DNA of 63,584 bases, counting the filler, from Octopus bimaculoides (taxonomy: Eukaryota): assembly GCF_001194135.2 (NCBI RefSeq). It is 5 parts of 4 records of this genome, joined end to end, with 100 filler letters (N's around TTAATTAATTAA, not from the genome) between each part and the next. Parts side by side here need not be neighbours in the genome. Positions count along the whole stretch, not along the records: positions 1 to 30,198 come from NC_068981.1; positions 30,299 to 52,240 come from NC_068985.1; 3 more parts are not named here. One strand, given 5' to 3'. The translations under genes and the position numbers were made by a program. The first letter of the stretch is position 1, and every line of letters starts with the position of its first letter. The notes beneath the pieces were generated by a model that was not told the origin of the DNA, did not search any database, and saw nothing but the letters and a program-made list of their open reading frames with translations. Positions 23,801 to 36,411 of the stretch are shown piece after piece.

Positions 23801-24061
23801 ACCCCTTCGGTCATGAATGACCATAGGATTGCATCTAGAAAGTTCTCCTCCGAGGCACAAGTGCGGGCAAGGTTGTTTATGGAAGGCCAGCAGTCGCCCA
23901 TGCTTACTAGCCTCTCCTCTCCACACCACTGATGTTATCCAAGAGAAAGGCAAAGGTCAATACAGCTTGGCACCAGTGATGTTGCAACTCATTTCTACAG
24001 CTGAGTTAACTGGAACAATGTGAAATAAAGTCTCTTGCTCAAGAACACAACACACAGCCCG
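23801..24061 (-). mobile_element. SINE-E (CORE-like block of SINE-D with a different tail; head missing)
   Basis: Reverse strand TGTGTTCTTGAGCAAGAGACTTTATTTCACATTGTTCCAGTTAACTCAGCTG followed by a tail unrelated to SINE-C/D. Confidence 0.7.
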
Positions 24062-27000
24062 AATTTTGTAATTAGCATTCTTATTAGTAAGTTTTTTCTT
24101 TAAACTCTTGTTAGTTCAACGGTTTCATATGGAATGTAAAGCTTCTCTCCATAATATTTCATTACAAAGGTCATAATTTTTCAACGTGTTTGGTTCAAAG
24201 CTATAACGTAGAGCTAAAAATACTATGAATATTATTATTCTTGTAATCTTTATATTTTTCTTAACAGTGTCTAATTTGATAAAACCGGTGTAGTTGCTAC
24301 AATCTTGAATTTGACTTCTTTCTTTACTTCCAGTTTTTCCTTATTGTCCTTCCAAAATATTTAAGCTTATGAATTTGTTTGAGCTTCCGCCTATATTTTA
24401 GTTGTTTCCTTACAAGTTAGCATTATTTTACTTTTTGCAGCACTTATTTTCATTCTGTATCTTTTTACAGTAACATCAAGATACGTTGCAGGATCTCTAG
24501 TTGTATCACGATATATTGCAGTATGTCTTGATAAAACTATTAAATTTATGTCAATGGCATAACAGAAACTTATGAGATTTATAACTCTTTAAAATTTCCT
24601 ACAAAAAATATACAATAAACAAGTATAGAAAATAGTATATTAGCATATTCAAGAAGTTTGGTTTTTATATTACAGTAACCACTAACAAAAGGAAAATGAA
24701 CTCTCTAGATAAAACATTAGAGCTAGCATTCGATAGAATTTAACCATATAGAATGTCTTACAAGGTGTTCTTGCATATAGATAAAAATTCTTACTGTCTT
24801 TCCAATATATTATAATACTTAGCAATATAGATATCTAATCTATTTTCAGGCAAGACAATCTGATATAAAACAATCAATTATTACAATAATGCTTAAGATA
24901 AAGCAATTTTAAAGAACTAATCAGTGTCTTACTCAAACGCATCTTCCTTCGGCAAAATCAAAATCAAATGTAGATTGAAATTTCTTAAATCTCTTATATT
25001 GAAAAAACAGCTTAGAACTGTAGTAAAACACACTGTTTAACAGAATAAATGTCAACATCAGTTACAGCTGTAAGAAAAATGTTTGCAGCATAATTAGTAA
25101 TATTCGAGTAGCCAGTCAAAACAACACTGAATATAAACTGAAAATAAGTGTTGAATAGAACAGAACTTTTTTTTCAACAAAATCAATAGCGAAGTCAGCC
25201 TGATATTCTTCATCGGTACAACAGAAAAATGTATATATTAATTACATATTCAACTTTAGGAATCTAGAAAGAAAATGTTCCACAACATTGTCTAGATATG
25301 TATGCCATTTGAAAGGCCGGCGTGTTGACCATGTTGACACCTACTGGACAATTGCTGGAAACTGCAGACTTCATAATAAGGAAAAATCATATTGACAACA
25401 CTGCATAGCAAGAACACACAAGACACAAAATGTCAAAGATACTTCAAAATGCCTATATTAAGACATTCTACCTGACAAATTATAACCTTAAAATAGAATC
25501 AGATTGAAATATTGTGCATAAAAGATAGGTCCAATCGGTTATGTACAAAACACCGTCCCTAAACGTGCCTGACTGTAAGTGATTGTGTGTATATAAGTGT
25601 GTTCACATGTGTGTACGCGTGCATATGTACATATAGGTGTATATATATATTAAACATTGATGTTCTATCAATCTGAAAAGTGCTGCAGAATATTAAAATT
25701 TATTCCAGTTCTGAAGTTGTTCAGTGACTCAGAAACACGTTTTTGCGAATATAACCCATCTCTTCCTACGAATTTTTGACTCGATGCCAATTCGGCAAGT
25801 AAAAATAATTTAATTGATTGAATAACACCCTGCTACAACGAATATGAGTACTGTGGTTGTTCTGCACGAAATAGTTGCCAAATCTCCCTCAAATGATACC
25901 ATACAGTAATAAAAAAGAATACTTTGGATAATGCACTCCCGTGCTCACTATACATAAGAACAGTAAGAGATAATTAAGAATAGAATGCTTTTGATCATAG
26001 ATATGTGCGGTTTAATTAACTTAAGGCTAAACACGAGAAACAAAAGCAAAACCTTCCCATAATTTCTATTTGTAGTGGACGAGATAAACAAGATACAAAT
26101 GTTTTAGCCGCAGGAACAAAACGGCATCATTGAAATTATATGTAAAATACAATAAATAATTGGCTCAAAATCTTATATTTCAGTAATTTCGTTATCAGCG
26201 TCCATAGTTAGACTGGATAGTTTCACTTCTTGGGAGATGTTATTTTTGTAGGAAAAAGATATGATTTGTGGAAATCCTAGATAATATTCTTGAGCTTCAA
26301 TGCATTTCGTAATTTTATCTACCACTTTTACCTTCGTTTCGTTCGCGTTTCTTTATATATTTATTTACTAGTATTGTTTGGTAGTTTCTTTTTTTTTTTG
26401 GTGGGGGGGGGGCTCTTTTTTCTCTTCAACGTTTAACATGGTTATTTTTACTTCAGTACTGTACATGTTCTTCTTAACGTTTTATTTCTTCATTTTCTGT
26501 ATTTCTTTACTTCACTGTCTTTCTACATTTTCATACAGATATTTCATGCTAAGGAATTGCTGACTTTTTTGCTAACATACTTTTACTATACATTTACTTG
26601 TGTTTCGTTGTAAGGCTTTCAATATTATTCAGTTTTCAATATTATTTAAAGTAAATTAATACATTAAATATACCATTTTCCAGAGTTAATTCTATTTTCC
26701 CCTAGTTGTCTAATTCCTACCGATAAGGCGATTACCGTAAATACGTCTATCATCGTAAGTCTTCTTTTCTTACATTACATCCAAAATATAAAACTATTAG
26801 GAATTGTTGACAATTTAGTTCTCGATTTCAATTCTTCTATCATCTCTTTTATAATCATCGCCAAATTTCTTTCTTTTCCTGCAATAACTCCTTTCTCTTA
26901 TCTTCTAATTCTTCCTACAACTTTTCCTCTCAGCCTATATTCCCAAGACAATCTCCATCGTTACACTATTTTCTTCTTCTTCTTCTTCTTCCGTCTCCTC

Positions 27001-27283
27001 TGCATTCATTTCTTCTATTTCTTCTTAATACTTTCCATGATTGAAGAGATAGCAATGTTTTCAAAGATTTCAGCATGTTCATATTCTTGGAATAATTGCA
27101 AGCCGTTATGAAGTAGTATACATTATCAGCAAAGCAAACTGAGACAACGAACAACGTTTCGTGCCTAGCTCAGAAACACTGCAGCACCACAGAATGGCTT
27201 TAAGATTTGTACTAATGGCATTATCCATGACCTTTGCCTTCAACTATATTCATCATACAATTAAATATTAGCGTGTTTATATG

Positions 27284-27324
<41 letters not shown>

Positions 27325-28047
27325 NNNNNNNNNNNNNNNNNNNNNNNNNNNNNNNNNNNNNNNNNNNNNNNNNNNNNNNNNNNNNNNNNNNNNNNNNNNN
27401 NNNNNNNNNNNNNNNNNNNNNNNNNNNNNNNNNNNNNNNNNNNNNNNNNNNNNNNNNNNNNNNNNNNNNNNNNNNNNNNNNNNNNNNNNNNNNNNNNNNN
27501 NNNNNNNNNNNNNNNNNNNNNNNNNNNNNNNNNNNNNNNNNNNNNNNNNNNNNNNNNNNNNNNNNNNNNNNNNNNNNNNNNNNNNNNNNNNNNNNNNNNN
27601 NNNNNNNNNNNNNNNNNNNNNNNNNNNNNNNNNNNNNNNNNNNNNNNNNNNNNNNNNNNNNNNNNNNNNNNNNNNNNNNNNNNNNNNNNNNNNNNNNNNN
27701 NNNNNNNNNNNNNNNNNNNNNNNNNNNNNNNNNNNNNNNNNNNNNNNNNNNNNNNNNNNNNNNNNNNNNNNNNNNNNNNNNNNNNNNNNNNNNNNNNNNN
27801 NNNNNNNNNNNNNNNNNNNNNNNNNNNNNNNNNNNNNNNNNNNNNNNNNNNNNNNNNNNNNNNNNNNNNNNNNNNNNNNNNNNNNNNNNNNNNNNNNNNN
27901 NNNNNNNNNNNNNNNNNNNNNNNNNNNNNNNNNNNNNNNNNNNNNNNNNNNNNNNNNNNNNNNNNNNNNNNNNNNNNNNNNNNNNNNNNNNNNNNNNNNN
28001 NNNNNNNNNNNNNNNNNNNNNNNNNNNNNNNNNNNNNNNNNNNNNNN

Positions 28048-28590
28048 GGATGGGGAGGGGAGGGGAAGAGGAGAAGAAGGAAAAGAAAAAGAAGTGGAAG
28101 AAGGAGGAGAAACGGAAGAAGAAGAAGAAGAAGAAGAAGAAGAAGACGAAGAAGAAGACGAAGAAGAACATGAAGAAGGAGAAGGAGGAGAAGGAGAAGG
28201 AGGAGAAGGAGAAGGAGGAGAAGGAGAAAAGGAAGAAGGAGAAGAGAGAGAGAGAAGAAGAAGAGAGAGAGAGAAGAAGAAGGAGAAGAAGAAGAAGAAG
28301 AAGAAGAAGAAGAAGAAGAAGAGGGAAGAGGGAGAGAAGAAGAAGAAGAAGAAGAAGAAGAAGAAGAAGAAGAAGAGGGAAGAGGGAGAGAAGAAGAAGA
28401 AGAAGAAGAAGAAGAAGANNNNNNNNNNGAGAAGAAGAAGAAGAAGAAGAAGAAGAAGAAGAGGGAGAGAAGAAGAGAGACAGAGAGAGAAGAAGGAGAA
28501 GAAGGAGGAGAAGAAGAAGAAGAAGAAGAAGAAGAAGAAGAAGAAGAAGAAGAAGAAGAAGAAGAAGAAGAAGAAGAAGAAGAAGCGAAG
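28048..28590. repeat. Long (GAA/GGA)n purine tract
   Basis: Directly visible. Confidence 0.95.
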
Positions 28591-29038
28591 TGAAATCAGG
28601 TAGAATCGGGAGAAAAGGAGAATGGGGAGGAGTAGGAGGAGGCAGAGAAATGTAACAACGTGGACAACAATGGAGGTTTCTGATTTTGAGATTAGCAGAA
28701 AAGTTTGCTTTCTCTATTTTCTGGACTGAACAAATTGGTAGCAAAGACTGTCAATTTAATCCATGTACGCCATTGGTCTCAGCCAAAGAACATCTTGTAT
28801 CGGCCGAAGATGAAGACAGTTGTGGTGGGGTAGAGTGGGGTACCAACCATAAGATTGTTGGAGCGAAATAGAATGAATCGAGAGGAAAATGTGTGTTCTT
28901 CATCTTCATCAGATCGAGATAATATTTTGACATCCTACGCTCATGGAACTTATCCTCCGCCATGCTTCACTATGCTCGAAAGCCTACAAATTGTATTTAT
29001 CGCAGACACTAATGACTAAAGAGACTTTTCCCTTCCAG

Positions 29039-29165
29039 ATATGAGTATCAGGGCTTTCACCCATCCTCCACCGTCACCCAATGCACCTTAAGACGAACCG
29101 TCTCAAGTCTCCATCAGCGAGCAGAAACGGAATGCAACGAGACAGACTACGTGTGTCCGTCGTGA
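29039..29165 (+). CDS. Candidate terminal coding exon of an unidentified host gene (YEYQGFHPSSTVTQCTLRRTVSSLHQRAETECNETDYVCPS*)
   Basis: ACTAAT branch-like site at 29008-13, TTTTCCCTTCCAG acceptor, 41 open codons, AATAAA at 29336-41; unique, CpG-containing sequence. No homology recognised and no upstream exon found. Confidence 0.3.
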
Positions 29166-29599
29166 AACGTACGTCCTCGTTGTATCATGAAAGTGGTAGG
29201 CGTGGCGTTTCTGTGAATCCAGTTCGCAAATTAGTTTCGTCCCTAAAGCCCATCGAGAAGGCATGAATCTCATCTCCCATCGCTTCCCCCTAGCTTCTCG
29301 AAAGTTCAATTAGCGGTTAATTGGCAGATAGTGCAAATAAAAATTCCAAGCTAAAGACGAAAAGCAGACAATCGATGTTTGACTTCATCTCACAGACTTA
29401 CATTAGATAAGTAAGCCTGGAAATAAGAATCCCTCGCCATCCACACATTTGTTTAACTGACGTGAAGGATGTACAGACGATTGTAAGCTGACTTTCCATT
29501 ATCTACGTTAGTAGTTATTAATACCTTCAACTATTTAGAAGGTCTGGAGAATCACCAGTCGTTAGAGCCCTCTTCCTTCCTTCCTTTTGCTTCTACCGC

Positions 29600-30027
29600 C
29601 TACACTAAAAGTTACTCCATCACCACCGTCACCGCAGTCACCACAATCAGCACCATCACCAGCAAGAACAACAACAACAACAACAATAGCGATCTTGTGA
29701 CTCTGCCAATAGTGGGAGGAGCGCCCGTGCTGGCAATAACATCATCCACTCTTCTCTATCACGCCGCTACACATCACTATCCCCCGTATCCCCAGTTTTT
29801 ACCACTACCCATATCAACCTTTATCAATACCCACCACCAAATCTACCACCGCTACTACCCCCCCCCACTGCCATCGCAATCGCCATCACCATCATCGCTG
29901 ACAATGTCGTCGTCGTCGTCGTCGTTGTCATCGTTATTATCACCATCATCATCACCACCATCATCAGCATCATCATCATCATCATCATCACAATCATCAC
30001 AATCATCACCACCACCATCAACATCAC

Positions 30028-30060
<33 letters not shown>

Positions 30061-30198
30061 TATCATCACCACCACCATCATCATCATCATCATTATCCTC
30101 GTCATCAGCATCATCAGCATCATCATCATCATCATCATCATCATTATCACCATCACGATCACCATCAACATCACCATCATCATCATCATCATCATCAT
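29600..30198. repeat. (CAT/CAC)n low-complexity tract
   Basis: Directly visible. Confidence 0.9.
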
Positions 30199-30242
30199 NN
30201 NNNNNNNNNNNNNNNNNNNNNNNNNNNNNNNNNNNNNNNNNN

Positions 30243-30254
30243 TTAATTAATTAA
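30243..30254. other. Scaffolding linker TTAATTAATTAA inside a 100-bp gap
   Basis: 44 N on each side; same linker at 52285, 57046 and 59850. Confidence 0.9.
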
Positions 30255-30319
30255 NNNNNNNNNNNNNNNNNNNNNNNNNNNNNNNNNNNNNNNNNNNNCA
30301 CACACACACACACACACGC

Positions 30320-30525
30320 ACGCACACACACATATAGCTGAAATTTACAGAAAAAGGAAATACGAAGACAGGTGTATAAACAAGAAACATGTGTATTAGT
30401 TTGATGCTCAGGAGGGTGGGAAAGTCTTTTACGTTTCGAGCCTATGCTCTTCAACAGAAAGGAACACGAGTAAATAAACGGAGAGAGAGAACAGAAATAA
30501 ACTCGTGGGTTTAGCGATCAATCAT
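30320..30525 (-). mobile_element. Small repeat, probable Penelope-like terminal-repeat fragment, copy 1
   Basis: Colinear with 44615-44808; carries a hammerhead-like motif; abuts a microsatellite. The Penelope assignment is inferred from the motif only. Confidence 0.65.
30426..30461 (-). ncRNA. Minimal type I hammerhead-ribozyme-like motif (variant core)
   Basis: Reverse strand CTTT-CTGTTGA-A-GAGC(ATAG)GCTC-GAAA-CGT-A-AAAG: 4-bp helix I, 4-bp helix II, palindromic ACGT helix III, GUA site. Confidence 0.55.
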
Positions 30526-30866
30526 GACTTCGTGATCACACACACATACACACGCACACTCACACACACATATATATATACATATATATTTATATCAAAA
30601 CTGTTTTACTCAGGCTCCTTGGTAGACAGTTTAATAGATACATACATAGATGCGTGCATACATACATACACATGTATGTATGTATGCTTCAATGGTGTGG
30701 CTATTCTTCAGACCCAATGGCTAAAGACTAGCCACATGTTTGAAACTCAGGCTACCAAACAATCTGAATCAAAGTGCTTCGATCTATACATGTAAGTCCC
30801 AATAAGTGTATTGAGTGCCAGTCTTTCATTTGTCTACTCACTCGTACATATATGTATTCATATATA

Positions 30867-31135
30867 CAAGGTGACCCCGAAAAAATACAGAAACCACAAA
30901 TCTTTGAATAAAACAGTTTGAAGAAAACGACGTAGAGGGATAGATGTGGTTCCAGCAAGACGGGGCCATCTCCCCCACGCATCACATGACTCCCTAGCCT
31001 GGCTGAGAGAGCGATTTCCGGAGAGACTGATCGGCAGGAAGTATGACGCATTCACCGGACTTGAACACCACAGATTTTCATTTGTGGGGGAATCTCAAGG
31101 ATGATGTTTACCAGAAGAACCCTCAAACGATTGGT
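30867..31135 (+). mobile_element. Tc1/mariner remnant, DD41D-like, deleted and frameshifted
   Basis: TA-CAAGGTGACCCCG end; fragments WFQQDGA, WLRERFPERLIGRK and HSPDLNTTDFHLWGNLKDDVY. Confidence 0.8.
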
Positions 31136-32418
31136 GTTTATATATATTTATATATACATACATCTATATTCATATGTATATGTATATGCACAAACACATA
31201 TATACATGCAAACACACATACATTCATCGAAATCGCCTGCAATATGAGGTACGTTGCAGGCGATTTTTAATGAGATATTGTGGAGAAATGCAAAGACAGC
31301 AGAAAGGCTTTCTCTAGGTGATCTCATTCGTGAAGGTATATCATTCTAAGGCCGTACACATTAACATAGATATAACTTTGGGTCCCTTTTAGTCTCTATT
31401 CGTAATAATGAGGTGGCCAGCAAGACTTCTACCTATACAAGTACAATATAAAATATTTGAAGAAAAGAAGGGTAAAGATATCGCTTGCTAAAAATCAAAG
31501 CAAAAGCTTCAAAAAACAACCACCAATTCTACGATAAATACACACGCGAGCAATGTAATGAATATATCTTCAGGGTGGAATATGGAGGCAGCTAATACAT
31601 ATCCCATTTTCAATTGATTTCATGCTGTGCATGAGAAATATGCTCTGCAACCGTCAGTTGGAGACAGTATTTAATATCTATTTCTAAAATATTCATTACG
31701 TCAACTCGTGTGCGTTTCTATCTTCAAACGTCCTGCTCCGTCGTAAATAGCCTCCAAGCTTATTGGAAGTTATTAGCGACTGGACCAACATTAATACCAA
31801 AAGGTAATCTTTAAACCCAGCTGAAAGCAGATGTTTTATAAGAAGTCTTGAGAATTTTTTTTTTATTCTGCAGGTAAATTTTTATGTCAGTTGTAAGTTA
31901 GACACAGATCATTTTAATATGAATTCATCTCCATCTCATAATATGTTCAGAAGCTACAGGAAGTAAAATTTGTTGCAACAAATGCTTAGATCACACGTAT
32001 TAGGTGAACAGTAATAAAAACAAAAGAAACGGCAGAAAATTTCGCGCTTAATTGCTTTTATATGTGGGTTTAGTTTGGAAAATGAAAGATTTTGTTAGCT
32101 CGGCGTATATGAATATATTTTCTATATCTATAAAACTTAAGGTATGAAATGCATATTAAACCTAACTCAGCAACCGGATATTCTCTTGTATAGAGAATAA
32201 ATAGCCGCAAACAGTATAATATAGGATATTTGGAATATTGACAATAACCACATCAACAACATCGAGAATATTTATCTGAAGGGGAAACAATGTGGAAATA
32301 ACCAAAATACGCCAATTACTTGAACACTTGAAAGTTATTCCTTATAAAGAGATTGGCAAGAATTGCAGAGAAGAGACAAAGTATACGGCCAAAAGACATA
32401 ACACACATTAGTTTAAAA

Positions 32419-32613
32419 TATTGGCAGAAGGCTTGAAATTTTCTAGGGAAAGGGGCTAATCGATTACATCGACTCTAGTGATCGATTGGTTTTGGTTTTG
32501 TTGATCCCGAAAGGATGAAAGGCAAAGCAGAATTTGAAATCTGAACGTTAAGTCAAAAGAAATGTTGCAGAGTATTTTCGCCGGTGCGGGGACGATTCTG
32601 CCAGTACACCGCC
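32419..32613 (-). mobile_element. SINE-A monomer, diverged
   Basis: gatcccgaaaggatgaaaggcaaag...gacgattctgccagtacaccgcc. Confidence 0.8.
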
Positions 32614-32760
32614 TTAAAAAAAAACAGAAAAAACATTATTTACATTTAACGGATATTTGTGTTAACAACAAACAAGATGAGGACAAATATCCGTCAATTA
32701 TAAATAACGTACATAATTCCTCATCTCTTAAATATAGAACGGTAACATATAATATATTCG

Positions 32761-32970
32761 TTTCTAATCAAGGTACAAGGCCCGAAATTTTGGGGGTGGG
32801 GGCTAGTCGATTAGATCGACCCCATTACATAACTGGTACTTAATTTATCGACCCCGAAAGGATGAAAGGCGAAGTCAACCTCGGCGGAATTTGAACTCAG
32901 AACGTAAAGACAGACGAAACACCGCTAAGCATTTCGCCCGGCGTGTTAACGTTTCTGCCAGCTCGCCGCC
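32761..32970 (-). mobile_element. SINE-A monomer, well preserved
   Basis: Complete head, central motif and tail, closely matching the dimer monomers. Confidence 0.93.
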
Positions 32971-33489
32971 TTAAAATAAAGGGGGGGGGAAAAAAAAAAA
33001 AAAAAAAAAAGACATAACATATTGAGATGTAGGATATGTCATTCACTTCTAGAATCCAGTCATATCACTCGCTGAACTAAAGAAGGATGCATTTAGGAAT
33101 AAATATATCTCGGCAGAGGCTGAATGAAAACGAGGCTGATATGTTGAATTAAACGTCATTATTGAAATTTCTCAGTAAATTGTTTTCCCCATGAGCTTGC
33201 TATCAGAAAAAGGTTACAAGCCATCGGGGAATGTTACGATTAGGAATTTAGTTAAGGGAAAATGCATCACACACATTCATTTCATCGAATGAAAACGGAG
33301 CAATTCTTAATAAGTAGTTTACTCCTAGTCGAAGAAACATTTGATATTGTGTTATTTATTATTCATTGTGTAAATTGGATAATGACAGCGACATAGGTGA
33401 GATAATTGGATGAACTACTAATATATTAATGCATATTTTAAAAGATATGCCTGCTTCACCATAGCGAGGTGAAGAGATTGATATTCAAT

Positions 33490-33536
<47 letters not shown>

Positions 33537-33603
33537 ACAGAGATGACAAGCAGTAACTTGTCGGTAACAAAATTCCACTTATGTACACACTCGTTTATGT
33601 ATA

Positions 33604-33642
<39 letters not shown>

Positions 33643-33826
33643 CATCATTGACATGAGTGTCTTGTAGCCAACACATGTTATGACTCCCCGTTCTCTACTT
33701 GTGTCTATTATACTAAATACCAATCTCGTTCTTCACCCTCGCCATCCGATCTTCAGCAACCAAATGACTGTTCCCTTTGAAGTTCATATCAAACGATGCC
33801 ATTGTCCACTAACATGTAATTATATA

Positions 33827-34651
33827 CACAGACTGCGATGGGTAAATTGTCGCCATTTTATATTTTTTAATTCGCGCATGCGCACTATTTGTTTTTGATT
33901 TTGTCGACTACACAGTGTAGTAGGGTCAGTTGGGCTCCGTCTGTGAGAAAAGCAGCATCATGACGCAATTCACTCTCCCAGAAGTTTGAAAGTGACATGA
34001 TGTTCTGCTCGGCATTCGCACCGGAAGCTCCAATACGAACATTTCAGAGTGTTTGGGTGTCAATCTGAAGACATATTGTCCCTAAAACATGTACCGAGAG
34101 TGATAAAAATCAAACATCTAATCAACATCATGGCGTTTGGAGTGATCACGAGTGATGGTAACGTTATGCCTCCATTCACCTTTCCATACAACCTCACACT
34201 CAACATGGAGACCTATATCAAGTGCCTGGAGGAGGTAGTGCTGCCCTGGGTCAAGAGGGTGGCTTCTGCAAGACCCTGTGTCTGGCAACAGGACTCTGCA
34301 CCATGCCATACAAACAGAACCCAGTCATGGCTGTCAGATAATTTCTGCGACCATATCACCTCAAACATCTGGCCACCTAACTCCACAGACTGCAAGCCCC
34401 TAGATTATTATGTGTGGGGCACAGTTAAACGAGAGACCAACAGAAATCCTTGTAACACCAAAGATGAACTGAAGATAAGAATTATGGCAGCATTCACCAA
34501 CTTAAACAAAAACACCGTCCAGAAGAGTAGCTGGAAATGCCGAAGTCGTCTGGGGGCCATGGTTGAAGCCAATGGCGATTTCATTGAATAAATTTATTCT
34601 TTAGTATTTCAAGATATTTTATGTAATTTTTGGTAAATATATCTGTTAAAA
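33827..34651 (+). mobile_element. Internally deleted DD37D (maT-like) transposon; right end runs into a gap
   Basis: N-terminal MTQFTLPEV.. fragment, then IMAFGVITSDG...WQQDSAPCH...WPPNSTDCKPLDYYVW; 36 residues between the Asp here (one codon short of DD37D). Confidence 0.85.
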
Positions 34652-35399
34652 NNNNNNNNNNNNNNNNNNNNNNNNNNNNNNNNNNNNNNNNNNNNNNNNN
34701 NNNNNNNNNNNNNNNNNNNNNNNNNNNNNNNNNNNNNNNNNNNNNNNNNNNNNNNNNNNNNNNNNNNNNNNNNNNNNNNNNNNNNNNNNNNNNNNNNNNN
34801 NNNNNNNNNNNNNNNNNNNNNNNNNNNNNNNNNNNNNNNNNNNNNNNNNNNNNNNNNNNNNNNNNNNNNNNNNNNNNNNNNNNNNNNNNNNNNNNNNNNN
34901 NNNNNNNNNNNNNNNNNNNNNNNNNNNNNNNNNNNNNNNNNNNNNNNNNNNNNNNNNNNNNNNNNNNNNNNNNNNNNNNNNNNNNNNNNNNNNNNNNNNN
35001 NNNNNNNNNNNNNNNNNNNNNNNNNNNNNNNNNNNNNNNNNNNNNNNNNNNNNNNNNNNNNNNNNNNNNNNNNNNNNNNNNNNNNNNNNNNNNNNNNNNN
35101 NNNNNNNNNNNNNNNNNNNNNNNNNNNNNNNNNNNNNNNNNNNNNNNNNNNNNNNNNNNNNNNNNNNNNNNNNNNNNNNNNNNNNNNNNNNNNNNNNNNN
35201 NNNNNNNNNNNNNNNNNNNNNNNNNNNNNNNNNNNNNNNNNNNNNNNNNNNNNNNNNNNNNNNNNNNNNNNNNNNNNNNNNNNNNNNNNNNNNNNNNNNN
35301 NNNNNNNNNNNNNNNNNNNNNNNNNNNNNNNNNNNNNNNNNNNNNNNGACAGAAACAAGTAAAAGAATAAAATAAAAGGATACGTTTATTTTTGCTTGT

Positions 35400-36025
35400 A
35401 TATATATAAGCCTTTGCGTGCGTGCGTGTGTGTGAGTGCATGTATATGTGTGCGTGTGAGTACGTGCATGTGCGTGAGTGCGTGCGTGTGTGTACGTGTG
35501 TGTGTATGTGTGAGTGTGCGTGCTTGCATGTGTGTGTGTGCGTGTGTGTGTGCGTGCGTGCGTTTTTTGTGTGCGTATGTGCGCTTGTGTGCGTGTGTGC
35601 GCGCGTATCTATGTGCTTGTGTGTGTGTGTGTGCGTGTATGGGGTGTGCACGGATGTATGTGAACGTAATAATATAAAAAAGACATTTTACTTTGTCTAT
35701 TTTGCGTGTAATAACCTCATGTCTATCCAATTCCATCCCATTTCTCTTTCAGATATGACAGTCTCTGCGCTAAAATCCGTAAATATTTCATGGACCAGCT
35801 TAGAATAGTTTTACCTCATTTTTTGTACCAAGTAAAGTGTTTTGTGAGCATTGGAACTTTAATCTATTTATCACTCCGTTTTTCTCTCGCTTCCTCCATC
35901 TCTCTTTCTCTGTCTGTCTGTCTGTTTCTGTTTCTCTCTCTCTCCACACACACACACACACACATACATACATATATGTATGTATATATATTTATACATA
36001 ATTACATACATACATACATGCATAC

Positions 36026-36108
<83 letters not shown>

Positions 36109-36364
36109 CATATAAGATAGATAGATAGGTAGGTAGATATATATATATAGAGATAGATAGATACATACATACATACATACATACATAGTTGTATTTATAT
36201 AGATAGTTACTGCTTATTGTCATGCACACGTGCACGGCACTCACACACGCGCGCGCAGATATAAACACGTACACGCACATACACACACTTACATTCACAT
36301 ATAAATACATGTTCGCATTCGCATCTATTTGATGGAACAGAATATAGAATACTCGTCTCTTCTG

Positions 36365-36406
<42 letters not shown>

Positions 36407-36411
36407 CTCTC
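35400..36411. repeat. Microsatellite-rich block (TG, TA, GATA, CATA, CT)
   Basis: Directly visible. Confidence 0.9.

Noticed and set aside
24100-25560. Possible very old LINE ORF (Cys/His-like fragments near 25290-25440)
   Set aside because: All frames are riddled with stops and no motif is strong enough to call by eye; needs a profile search.
26900-27220. Possible Harbinger-like CILLHN motif or exon on the minus strand
   Set aside because: Six-residue resemblance flanked by stops, with no DDE context or TIRs.
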